A DNA stretch of 64,000 bases from a virus, in IMG/VR virus record IMGVR_UViG_3300042545_001167, positions 52,710-116,709 of that record; one strand, given 5' to 3'. Position numbers and translations under genes: made by a program. Positions within the stretch are counted from its first letter, which is position 1. Each line of letters starts with the position of its first letter. This document shows, piece by piece, positions 1 through 9,309 of the stretch. Below the pieces are notes generated by a model. It was not told where the DNA came from. It was given only the letters and a program-made list of their open reading frames with translations, and ran no database searches.

Positions 1-87
1 CCAAGTGGAATCCTCAGCAATTTGGCCAATCCACCAATTGAAATCTGCACCCAAAAATCCAGAATTAAATAATGTTCCTTCAGACAT
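1..87 (-). CDS. gp5: Baseplate hub/needle protein gp5, N-terminal fragment (continues beyond window)
   Basis: Manual translation from ATG at 87: MSEGTLFNSGFLGADFNWWIGQIAEDSTW, matching the cyanophage gp5 N-terminus; tail-module context. Confidence 0.75.
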   Translation of the reverse strand, partial: MSEGTLFNSGFLGADFNWWIGQIAEDSTW

Positions 88-89
88 AA

Positions 90-302
90 TCAATAATCAT
101 ATACTCTACATTCCAGTGCTTCAGGATTTGAATCACAATAAAGTTCCAAAGAAGATGGATCGTGATGATCTTCTGGATGGTTCTTAACCCACTTTTCTAA
201 TGCTTCCAATTCCTCTTCAGTATGACGACGAGATTGTGGAGAAATTAAAGGATCGTCAAGAAGTTTTTTATCATACTCTATATGCTTTTCTACACTATCC
301 AT
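90..302 (-). CDS. cp12: CP12 Calvin-cycle inhibitor
   Basis: 70 aa with C-terminal LELYCDSNPEALECRVYD, the CP12 Cys-pair motif. Confidence 0.9.
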   Translation of the reverse strand: MDSVEKHIEYDKKLLDDPLISPQSRRHTEEELEALEKWVKNHPEDHHDPSSLELYCDSNPEALECRVYDY

Positions 303-336
303 TTTAGTGATTGTATTGTACTACTATTTAACAAAC

Positions 337-1686
337 TTAAATTGCATTATAAGTTGGAGATCCCTTTTTACCTACAGAATCCCTTACTAATGTAAGTTTT
401 GTATACCCACCCTGAGCCTTATTAATATAATGACATAAATCTGCAATAAGATATGAACCACTATGAAGAGTTCCTAACTCTTGTCCAGGAACACCAGCAT
501 CAATGAAAACCAAATCTCCTGCGTGCAAACTAAAATCAGCAACTATTGTAATCGTTGTTCTTGTACTAAACAACTGATTATATCTCATTGTCGATTGATT
601 CAAGATATTTTTGGGGTCAAAGTTTTTTAATTTTGATTTTTCTATTTGCTGTTTTGTATCACCTGTAGGAAGAGCACCAGTATCAATCAACATATATTGA
701 GTTCTTGTAAAATTGGTTTTAAACTCTGGATTAAACTTTGGAAGTTCTTTCCCAGCAAGTTTAAGATTTCCTTCAGTAATCTCAGTTTTTGGTAACACTA
801 CCTCATAGTAACAGTTAAATGGATCAAACAGTATTGTTTTTGTTGAGTATGTTCCTATTTCAAGTTTTGTTTGAACATTTCCACTTACGTCATCAACATT
901 ATGCTCCAATATTTTTGCACTATATCCAGGTGGAATATTTTGCCCAGAACCATCTGGAGTCTGATTGTAAATTAAACTTTTAATGTCCTTTTTATTACCA
1001 GTTTTTGAATCTGTAGTAGATAAAAGATTATCAACAGATTTGAATTTAAATCCATCAGATGTCTCATAGAAAAAATAACCTGCAGTATTTCCTGGTTGAA
1101 TTCCTTTTGGTACTGCTTTTTTTGACAACCAGATGGCAGCATAAAAAGGTTTCTTATTATTGCCTATAAAATTATAAGTATTATTAGTTTCTTCAATATC
1201 AATATTTTTTTGAGTGTTCAAATATTTTGAATCAGTCAAAATTCTTGAAATATGATCAGATATTTTTCCATCAAATCTAGTATTAATTCTTATTTGATGA
1301 TTTAAGATTCCTTCTTTAGAAATTAAATCAAGTCCTACAAAAGACTTTGTGGTGTCTTGTTTTACTGGGGTTATTTTATTAACATACAAAGTTAGTTTTA
1401 ATTCAACATTATTAGCATCTTTTATTGCCAAAGATACTTTTTCTTGTCCAACAATAGGCAATCCCTCAAGAATTGTCTTTTGTTTGCCATCCTTTTCAAT
1501 AGATGTACCAGCATCAACATACATTACAGATGCTCTGATCGTTTCCTGCAAGACACTTTCATAGTAGTAGATGTCAGTCCAAACATCTCTAATATCTGCA
1601 TTTGTTTTTTGATCATTTGAAATCACATTGATGGTTGGAACATCAATACTTCTAACGTCTCTTGTAGTTAATACTTGATTATTCAT
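337..1686 (-). CDS. Conserved tail/baseplate hub protein (gp27-like)
   Basis: 449 aa; position next to gp5; C-terminal SGSYLIADLCH...TKLTLVRDS typical of hub proteins. Confidence 0.55.
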   Translation of the reverse strand: MNNQVLTTRDVRSIDVPTINVISNDQKTNADIRDVWTDIYYYESVLQETIRASVMYVDAGTSIEKDGKQKTILEGLPIVGQEKVSLAIKDANNVELKLTLYVNKITPVKQDTTKSFVGLDLISKEGILNHQIRINTRFDGKISDHISRILTDSKYLNTQKNIDIEETNNTYNFIGNNKKPFYAAIWLSKKAVPKGIQPGNTAGYFFYETSDGFKFKSVDNLLSTTDSKTGNKKDIKSLIYNQTPDGSGQNIPPGYSAKILEHNVDDVSGNVQTKLEIGTYSTKTILFDPFNCYYEVVLPKTEITEGNLKLAGKELPKFNPEFKTNFTRTQYMLIDTGALPTGDTKQQIEKSKLKNFDPKNILNQSTMRYNQLFSTRTTITIVADFSLHAGDLVFIDAGVPGQELGTLHSGSYLIADLCHYINKAQGGYTKLTLVRDSVGKKGSPTYNAI

Positions 1687-1708
1687 AAGACTTTATTTCC
1701 TACACTAT

Positions 1709-4438
1709 TTAATGGCCCATATAAGTTGAATCATAATCAGAATCTACTGCAGAAGACCCTCCTGGCAGCATTCCACCACCAACAGGAACTGGTACAGGAA
1801 CATATGATACTTGTGGTGCAGGAACTTTGACTTTAATTCTTTGTCTTCCACCTGCCTCATATCCTGCATAGAACTGAAGAATACTCATCAGTTGTTTTGC
1901 TGAATTTTTTCTTTGTGCAACACTTTCAGTTTGGTTGATTATATCAAAGAAATCAATTCCAAAAGCATCTACAGAATCTTTATCAATAATATATTCGCCG
2001 GGGTGTGTTCTTACAATTCCACCCTTTCCAGTCGAACCACCACCAAAGAATGCTACGTGGACATGATTGTAGTGTGTGCTAGCAGCAATTGGAGGAACTT
2101 TCTTTCCATCCTTTATACTAAATCCAAGTGGAGTATAAAAAATTTCTTTTGCTGTGGCACCATATCTCTTGATTAGTTCTTTAGCCAGAGAAAGTTGTTG
2201 TGGTGTTCCATTACCAACACTGTCATTTGAAAAATCCATTGCTCTTCCATCATAATGATAACTATCCGGATTATCTTTCCTTACATGAGAATATAAAGGA
2301 ACTCCCATACTTTCAGCAAGACTTTTTACTACAGAAAGATTTCCTGCACCAGCACCAAGAGCAACACCGGTTGGAATATTATAACCACTCTTAGTTTTAT
2401 ATTTTTCCAAACTAGCAAGATATTCTCTGTGTATTCTTGGACCTTCTGTATTTTGAATATATTCTGCAGGTCTTTCCCATTTTCTCATAAACCAATCTGC
2501 TGCTTCTTGTGGAGAAGAAAATTTTGTAGAGAGATATTGTTGTCCAGGTTCACCCGGTTCTCTCAGTGCATAATCTATTTGCCCCTTCCAGTTTGTTGCA
2601 TAATCAGGAACTGCCTTTAGGAAAGCATCTTTTCTTCCACCACTTGAATATTGGAATAGACCAACTCCAGGTCCTCCAGCTTCAGAAACTCCAGGTCTAA
2701 ATCCACTTTCTCTGGATATGTTTGCCATAAGACCTAATGCATGAGTGTCACTCATTCCCTTTGAGAGAAGGTATTGATATATTTCGCCCTGAAGTCCTTC
2801 TGGAGAATATTGTCCACCAACATCTGGAGTGGTAGATGGAACATTTTCTTTCTTTTCACCTTCAGCAGGTTTTAGCATCATCTGCTTCATCAAATCTTGG
2901 ATACTTCCTTCAAGTTGTGATGAAATATTATCTTGCAGAGACTTGGCAATTACTTGAGTTAAGTCTTCACCCCGTAAAAACATATCGGCATTTACTTCAC
3001 CACCACTAGCAAATGCACCACCTCTCAATACACCAGAACTGAATGTCATATTCATCCAGGCATTAAGTCCTTGTGCAGCAATACTATAGTCTAATGGTGT
3101 TGGTTTTTGACCAACTAATGCCTTGTCCCTGAGAGATAATAGTGCTCCAAAGAATGGTGCATTCTTAATTTTTTCATTGGATTTTTTAATATATCCAAGA
3201 GGATTTACTTGCTTATTTTTATCTTTACCTTGAGGAGATGGAAAAACTTTTTCAACATTTTTTTGACCACCAATGTCAGCACCTGGTTTTAATTTTGTTG
3301 GTTGTGCAGTTACTCCTCTCTTTTTAGTTTTGGAAACTCCTCTTTTTGCAGGACCACCAGTAAACTTTCCACCTCTTGTTATTGCTCCACCTTGAGCACG
3401 ACCTTGAACTTTTGGTTTTTGTGGGGTTTTATTTCCAAAAAAAGTATCGTATAAAAGTCCACCTAACCAATCACCAACACTACCACCGGCAATACCACCA
3501 ACAATATTTCCAAAGAAAGGAATTGCAGAACCAAGTGTTACACCAAGAACCGCTCCAAGTGTAGCACCAATAGATTTAAATGCTGCTCTTCCAAGTGGTT
3601 CTTTAAAAATAAAATAATTTATTGCAAAATCAATAAGACCTCCAATTATAGGAATTGCTTTTAAAAGTGGTCTTGCGGCCCTGAGTGCTACTTTTGCACC
3701 GCCCCTACCAAGTGTTCTTATTAATGTTCTTTTGCCGAATCTTGATGCTGTTTGACCAGATCCTGATGAGGGAACACCGCCAGATGGTTCAGTTTTAGGC
3801 CTATCAAATGAGGGTAATTGTGTTGCGGCAATTGCAGCAATAATAACTGCATTAACAGCATTATTAAATCCATCAAAAATTTTAACTGCATTATCCCCAC
3901 CCACGGTCTTTAGAAATCCACGAGTTTGTTTTGATGCTTCATCTGTTTTTTGAATAAAAGTTCCCAGTGCATCAATCAATCCTACAGAAAAATCTGCAGC
4001 AAATTCAACACCAGTACTAACTACTTTTACTACTCCAAGTAACTTTGGAAGATTTGGAAGCATCTTAACAACAAATCTTCCAAGTAAAACTGCGAAGATA
4101 ATATTTTTAATTCTTTCTAAAAATCCCAATTTGGGAACCCCAGGAACTTTAACTTTTTCTGTTCCTGGTTGTTCTTTTTTTGTTTCAAGTTCTGCTTCTT
4201 TTTTTGAAAATTTATCCCTCTCTTCTTGTTTTCTTTTTTTGGTTATTTCTACTTGCTTTAATAAAGTAGAACTTTTGATCAAGTTTTTTACTTCTATAAC
4301 TTGAGTTTTAATAACTACCAAATCACCTTTTTGAGGTCCAATATTGTTTGATACACTAATTTTTTTAATTGCAAAGGAGGAACCACCTAGAAGTTTTGTT
4401 GGATTGATTTTTGCAGGTGCTAGTGCTTTTGGTTCCAT
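1709..4438 (-). CDS. Tape-measure/hub-like virion protein with phage tail lysozyme domain and C-terminal Zn-peptidase (M15-like) domain
   Basis: 909 aa; Gly/Ala-rich amphipathic N-half; ALGLMANISRESGF...GVGLFQYS...WKGQIDY (tail lysozyme); HYDGRAMDF...HYNHVHVAF. Confidence 0.65.
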   Translation of the reverse strand: MEPKALAPAKINPTKLLGGSSFAIKKISVSNNIGPQKGDLVVIKTQVIEVKNLIKSSTLLKQVEITKKRKQEERDKFSKKEAELETKKEQPGTEKVKVPGVPKLGFLERIKNIIFAVLLGRFVVKMLPNLPKLLGVVKVVSTGVEFAADFSVGLIDALGTFIQKTDEASKQTRGFLKTVGGDNAVKIFDGFNNAVNAVIIAAIAATQLPSFDRPKTEPSGGVPSSGSGQTASRFGKRTLIRTLGRGGAKVALRAARPLLKAIPIIGGLIDFAINYFIFKEPLGRAAFKSIGATLGAVLGVTLGSAIPFFGNIVGGIAGGSVGDWLGGLLYDTFFGNKTPQKPKVQGRAQGGAITRGGKFTGGPAKRGVSKTKKRGVTAQPTKLKPGADIGGQKNVEKVFPSPQGKDKNKQVNPLGYIKKSNEKIKNAPFFGALLSLRDKALVGQKPTPLDYSIAAQGLNAWMNMTFSSGVLRGGAFASGGEVNADMFLRGEDLTQVIAKSLQDNISSQLEGSIQDLMKQMMLKPAEGEKKENVPSTTPDVGGQYSPEGLQGEIYQYLLSKGMSDTHALGLMANISRESGFRPGVSEAGGPGVGLFQYSSGGRKDAFLKAVPDYATNWKGQIDYALREPGEPGQQYLSTKFSSPQEAADWFMRKWERPAEYIQNTEGPRIHREYLASLEKYKTKSGYNIPTGVALGAGAGNLSVVKSLAESMGVPLYSHVRKDNPDSYHYDGRAMDFSNDSVGNGTPQQLSLAKELIKRYGATAKEIFYTPLGFSIKDGKKVPPIAASTHYNHVHVAFFGGGSTGKGGIVRTHPGEYIIDKDSVDAFGIDFFDIINQTESVAQRKNSAKQLMSILQFYAGYEAGGRQRIKVKVPAPQVSYVPVPVPVGGGMLPGGSSAVDSDYDSTYMGH

Positions 4439-4442
4439 TTAC

Positions 4443-6584
4443 TTATCTTACTCCATATATCTTTGCATTTCTGACTGCATTATTAGATGCATGAACATTA
4501 CTAAATGATGGTACTTGAGGAGAACCACCAAGACCACCTACAGATGGTTTTGTTGAACTTGGAACAGCAACTTCATAAACTATTTCTGGCATAAAATTAG
4601 TTGGTGCAGAAATATTTCTTTGAGATGATCTAGATTTTGAAGCAGAGAAAGTCATTGTTGGAATTGATGATGACTTTCTCTGAGAAGAATCTGGAGAAAG
4701 TCCACCTGCAAATCTTGGTTTAGGTTTGGAAACTGGTTCTGCTTTTGCTGGTTGATTTAATCCAAACATAGATGCAATACCAGTTCCAACTTTCTGCAGA
4801 ATATTTGGTTGCTGACCTTTTGGTTTTGGTTTTGATGCAATATTTGCAGATGAACTTGAATTTAATATTCTTTTAGCCGCTGCCATTCTTGCAGATTCGT
4901 GCGGTACGCTTGGTGCTTCATATCCAAGCATAAAATTCTTGGTTGCTTCACTTAAATTTTTTGAACCTAACCAAGCACTCTTCGTTTCTCTTCCCCAAGG
5001 AAGTTGAGGTCTTCCTTGAGAGTCTGGATTGCCAGTATCCATTTCATACTTAACATAATCCATTTGTTGCTTCAGGTTATTAAAAACTCCAGGACCATAT
5101 CTCTTTACTGCAGTATCCCATCTTCCAGGAGTTTCCCATTGTGCCACTCCTCTACCAGGACCTCCACCGTCTTGAGCAGTATTTGGTTTTAATCCAGGTG
5201 CCTCAATTGAGAAATTGCCAAGAGCAGCAGCAATATGATAAGGTTTTGCTGATGGGAAATTTAATTTGAGTTGATTGTATGCAATTTTTTCATTTCCGCC
5301 CAATGGAGGATCAACACTACGAGTTCCAATCTGCCCACCACCTGCAGCATAAGTTGTTCCAGTAATCATTCTTGGTCTGTTTGTTCCTCCACCAGAAGCA
5401 TTCATTGCCTCTAAAGTGCTTGTACCGTACTTCTGGACAGCACCACGCGACATAACAAATTCACCATCACTCAACATTGCGGGAATTTTATCTACACCCT
5501 TTTGTCCACTGATGTATCCAGGTCTTGTACCACCACCAAAAAATCCAAATAATTTTTTAAAGTTTGCAAGTCCACCACCAGCAAATTTAACTCCACCAAA
5601 ATCTTCAATGCCTTTACTCAGTGCCATAGTACCGGCAACTGCTGTACCAATTTCTAATCCAGCACCTAATAGTTTCCCACCTCTACCGCCAAGGAATCCT
5701 GCAACCTTACCAGCACCTCTCAATCCTGCTCTTGCTGCCAATCCTGCTGCTGCTTGAACAAGTCTTAAAGTTCCCCTGATTAGAAGTGAAGATAAACCTC
5801 CAATAAATTTACCAAGACCTGTTCCAAATCTTAGATACAGTGCAAGTAGTTTTGGCCAATGTTCACCAAGAAACTTAAAGATGCTCTTGACTTTTTCTTG
5901 ATTATCTTTATTACCAAACCATTCAATTAGTTTTACAATAGACCTTCCAATAAAAATAGCAATGATTGCATCAATAATTTTATCAAGTAATGACTTGATA
6001 GGTGCCAACATCTTTTGTGCTGCACCAAGTGCCTTAGTAAATCCTTTTTCTAAAAGTGCTTCTGCTCCTGCTCTTTTTTCCTTTTCACTCTGTATTCTTT
6101 CTCTTTCTAATATCTTTTTCTGAATTTTATTCTGTTCTGTTAAATTGGCAATGATTTGAGATAGAGCATTTTTAATATTATTAATATCATTTGCCCCAGA
6201 CATATTATCAATCGCTGAAGGCAATGCCAATCTTTTAGTTGATATTCCCTTAAGTAATTTTTGTTTTCCTAATTGGATTCCTACAGCACTTCCTTTTTTA
6301 AAACTTTCTACACTAATTTTTTTTGGTTTAAATCTACCTTTCTTTGATTTTACTCTCTTCCATTCATTTGTGATTAATTCTGTTTCCAAGGTTGAATATC
6401 TAGTTTTAGACATTCTGGAAGCAACCATTGCTTCTTTTAAATGTCCAGAATATTCATCATAGGACAATTCATATTCATCCTGAAGACCAAGCAGTTCTAA
6501 AATCCTTTCATCAATTTTTTCAGTAGATACCTTCTTCCCATTAGAGAGAACTAGAGAACTAATTTTAGAAGGATTGACCGCCAT
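4443..6584 (-). CDS. Tape-measure/hub-like virion protein with phage tail lysozyme domain
   Basis: 713 aa; coiled coil, DKIPAMLSDGEFV motif, AAALGNFSIE...GRGVAQWE...QMDYV. Confidence 0.65.
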   Translation of the reverse strand: MAVNPSKISSLVLSNGKKVSTEKIDERILELLGLQDEYELSYDEYSGHLKEAMVASRMSKTRYSTLETELITNEWKRVKSKKGRFKPKKISVESFKKGSAVGIQLGKQKLLKGISTKRLALPSAIDNMSGANDINNIKNALSQIIANLTEQNKIQKKILERERIQSEKEKRAGAEALLEKGFTKALGAAQKMLAPIKSLLDKIIDAIIAIFIGRSIVKLIEWFGNKDNQEKVKSIFKFLGEHWPKLLALYLRFGTGLGKFIGGLSSLLIRGTLRLVQAAAGLAARAGLRGAGKVAGFLGGRGGKLLGAGLEIGTAVAGTMALSKGIEDFGGVKFAGGGLANFKKLFGFFGGGTRPGYISGQKGVDKIPAMLSDGEFVMSRGAVQKYGTSTLEAMNASGGGTNRPRMITGTTYAAGGGQIGTRSVDPPLGGNEKIAYNQLKLNFPSAKPYHIAAALGNFSIEAPGLKPNTAQDGGGPGRGVAQWETPGRWDTAVKRYGPGVFNNLKQQMDYVKYEMDTGNPDSQGRPQLPWGRETKSAWLGSKNLSEATKNFMLGYEAPSVPHESARMAAAKRILNSSSSANIASKPKPKGQQPNILQKVGTGIASMFGLNQPAKAEPVSKPKPRFAGGLSPDSSQRKSSSIPTMTFSASKSRSSQRNISAPTNFMPEIVYEVAVPSSTKPSVGGLGGSPQVPSFSNVHASNNAVRNAKIYGVR

Positions 6585-6741
6585 TTGCTTGTTGTTTGAG
6601 TTTCTCTTCTTCCAGATGTTGCTTCAATAATTCAACATAAACATCCCTTTCCCAAGGAATCATATTTTCAATCTCTGTTAATGAGTATTTATGATACTGC
6701 ATTAAAGCAAAGTTAAGTCTGAAGTAGTTCTCAAGGTCCAT
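6565..6741 (-). CDS. gp51: Baseplate hub assembly catalyst gp51-like (58 aa; absent from ORF track)
   Basis: Manual translation MDLENYFRLNFALMQYHKYSLTEIENMIPWERDVYVELLKQHLEEEKLKQQANGGQSF. Confidence 0.85.
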   Translation of the reverse strand: MDLENYFRLNFALMQYHKYSLTEIENMIPWERDVYVELLKQHLEEEKLKQQANGGQSF

Positions 6742-6752
6742 ATGGACCAGTG

Positions 6753-7472
6753 CTATGCGAAAAAAGATGCTAACCCTTCTAGAACTACTTCACTCTCTAC
6801 TTTAGTTTTTGGATTTGTAACTGTAATTTTATGAGAAAGTCTTGGCATTGTTTCAAAGAATTTTTCAATTTCTTTGAACTGAGCAGAATTCATCTGCTCT
6901 AAAAATTCAAGAAGTTCTTTTTTAGTTACATCAGATGCTGCCCACACTTCATCTTCAGTATAAATTTTATCAATACAAGATGCAATCAATTCAAATGATT
7001 GATCCATTGCATTATCATTTTTAAAATCAAAATTAGTCTTAATAAATTGATCCAATGAAGGATACTTCATTTCCATTATAATAGTAGGATCTACTTTAAT
7101 TTTATTTGTATGAGTTTCTTCCTTTTGAACTTTAATGTCGTCTAGATTGATACTGACGGCAACATTAGTTTCTTCGTCGTCAGGACAAATAACATTAACT
7201 TCGATTTCTTCTCCTACCGACTTTCCACGAATATTTAAGAACAAATATTCAATATCAAAAGTAGGAAGAGATTCTACCTTAACACCTTTTGTGATAATGC
7301 AATTTTTAATTACTGTCTTAATAGCAGTAGTAATTTGCTTAGTATCTTCACTCTCTAAAGCAATTACTAGTACCTTTTCTTCTTTTACTAGAAATGGTCT
7401 GTATTGAACTGTTTCCCCTGTTGATGGCAATTCAAGTTGATAAATTGGCGTACTAATCTTTGGTAAAGGCAT
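6753..7472 (-). CDS. gp26: Baseplate hub assembly chaperone gp26
   Basis: MPLPKISTPIYQLELPSTG...YRPFLVKEEK...FDIEYLFLNIRGKSVGE...LEGLASFF. Confidence 0.9.
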   Translation of the reverse strand: MPLPKISTPIYQLELPSTGETVQYRPFLVKEEKVLVIALESEDTKQITTAIKTVIKNCIITKGVKVESLPTFDIEYLFLNIRGKSVGEEIEVNVICPDDEETNVAVSINLDDIKVQKEETHTNKIKVDPTIIMEMKYPSLDQFIKTNFDFKNDNAMDQSFELIASCIDKIYTEDEVWAASDVTKKELLEFLEQMNSAQFKEIEKFFETMPRLSHKITVTNPKTKVESEVVLEGLASFFA

Positions 7473-7516
7473 AATGTCCTATAGAAAATTTCAGGTATGA
7501 TTATTTATTCTCAAAA

Positions 7517-8365
7517 TCAAAGATTAAGATTTGCTGCCTGTTGCAAATTAATAGAATTTCCAGATAACTGAGATGCTGACAAAGAAACTCCACCAATTGT
7601 TTGGTTTGGAATAATCTGTGGATTTGTAAATACAGATTGATTGAATATTAAACTATTTGCTGCCGCAAGTTGTTGTGGACTTGATCCATTTACATTAGTA
7701 TTTGGGGTAATGACAGGATTTACAACATATCTAAGATATGTAAGAGAAACTGTACATTTTAATAAGGAAGCAGTATCGTAAGATACAGGTATTGAAGAAA
7801 CACTGATAGGGAATACTTTTACAAAAGTATACTCCAAAGACCCACCAGTATAGTTTGAGTTTTTACCAGTTCTTTCAAATTTTGTAACTTTCATTCCATC
7901 AGCAACATATCCACCACTTGGATTTTTTCCACCAGTTCCCTCAGGATAGTTCATTCTATAAAAATAATTACTACCAGTTGTTCCCACTCTACCACCTTCT
8001 TTTTCTGAAATATTTTCCCCAACAATATATTTCATCCAGGTTTCAAAGTATCTGATAGGAAGATAATTTTCTGCATCAACATAAAAACTTAAATCAATTC
8101 TATCATCATATAATCTTCTATATACATGTCTTTCAGTTACTCCTGTAAAATCATTATTGATTTCGTGAGTTGCTAGACTTGACCCAGGAAGAGAAGCCTC
8201 AGAACACAATAAATTTAATTTGATTTGATCATACTTGACTCCATTACTCGACAAATAATCTGACGTTAATCCACCAGGTCTTGGAATACTTACCTCAAAA
8301 TGAGAGGTAAGAGCAGGTTGTAGAAGGTTTGCCTTAATTTGGTCTACTGTCCTATTAGTAGGCAT
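7517..8365 (-). CDS. Tail tube initiator (gp54/gp19-fold)
   Basis: LCSEASLPGSSLAT...FPISVSSIPVSY...KCTVSLTY; position between gp26 and gp4. Confidence 0.6.
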   Translation of the reverse strand: MPTNRTVDQIKANLLQPALTSHFEVSIPRPGGLTSDYLSSNGVKYDQIKLNLLCSEASLPGSSLATHEINNDFTGVTERHVYRRLYDDRIDLSFYVDAENYLPIRYFETWMKYIVGENISEKEGGRVGTTGSNYFYRMNYPEGTGGKNPSGGYVADGMKVTKFERTGKNSNYTGGSLEYTFVKVFPISVSSIPVSYDTASLLKCTVSLTYLRYVVNPVITPNTNVNGSSPQQLAAANSLIFNQSVFTNPQIIPNQTIGGVSLSASQLSGNSINLQQAANLNL

Positions 8366-8407
8366 CTATAAATACTTTTTGATCCGTTATATTATGTAGT
8401 AAGGATA

Positions 8408-8851
8408 ATGGCAGAAAGTATTAAAAGCAAATACAAACCATCATTTCCACAAAAGTATAAAGGTGATCCTAATAATATCATATGCAGAAGTAGTTGGGAA
8501 AGACGATTTTGTCATTGGTGCGATTTAAACGAAAATATTATTGAATGGGGAAGTGAAGAATTTTGGATTCCATATCTTTCTCCAGTTGATAATAGGGTTC
8601 ATAGATATTTTCCAGACTTTATAATTAAAGTAAAAGAAAGTACTGGACAGATTAAAACATATGTGATTGAAGTCAAACCAAAAAGACAAACGGAACCTCC
8701 AAAGAAAAAAACAAGAGTGACTAAATCATATCTTTATGAAGCAAAAACATATGCAGTCAACCAGGCAAAGTGGAAAGCTGCAGTTGAATGGTGCGAAGAT
8801 AGGAGATTGGAGTTTAAGGTGATAACCGAAAACGAATTAGGCATCAAGTAA
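8408..8851 (+). CDS. gp4: Head completion nuclease gp4
   Basis: KYKGDPNNIICRSSWE...HRYFPDF...IEVKP...NQAKWKAA. Confidence 0.9.
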   Translation: MAESIKSKYKPSFPQKYKGDPNNIICRSSWERRFCHWCDLNENIIEWGSEEFWIPYLSPVDNRVHRYFPDFIIKVKESTGQIKTYVIEVKPKRQTEPPKKKTRVTKSYLYEAKTYAVNQAKWKAAVEWCEDRRLEFKVITENELGIK

Positions 8852-9237
8852 TGGCACAAGGATTTGGACAGTATGTTGGATCTACTCCAAGAGTCAGAGA
8901 ACTTAAAAAAAGAATTGATAAAGCAAATACAAAAGATCCAGAAGACTTAATGCTCATCATCATGGATGTTCTTAAGGAAGAAGTTTTATATCCAGAACCA
9001 GGAAAATTCTATACCTTTATATACAATCCAAAAACACCAAATATTAGATATGACCAGCACCCACTAATTGCCTGCATGGAGTTACAAAAATGGGGATTTA
9101 AGGCAATCAATTTTCATTGGAGAAAATCTAGAAACTATACTTGGGAAGAAATTGCAGGAAAACTTCATGTTGTTAAATATGAAGAACTTGATGAATTACT
9201 CTCAATACCTTATGCAAAATTTCGTCTAAATAAATAA
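8851..9237 (+). CDS. gp2: DNA end protector gp2-like
   Basis: PGKFYTFIYNPK...YDQHPLI...GFKAINFHW; follows gp4. Confidence 0.7.
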   Translation: MAQGFGQYVGSTPRVRELKKRIDKANTKDPEDLMLIIMDVLKEEVLYPEPGKFYTFIYNPKTPNIRYDQHPLIACMELQKWGFKAINFHWRKSRNYTWEEIAGKLHVVKYEELDELLSIPYAKFRLNK

Positions 9238-9309
9238 AAACTATGTGTCAATGTTTAGAACAATAAGACAACATATTCTAAACATCCTCTCTTCTGGGGA
9301 GGTATCTTA

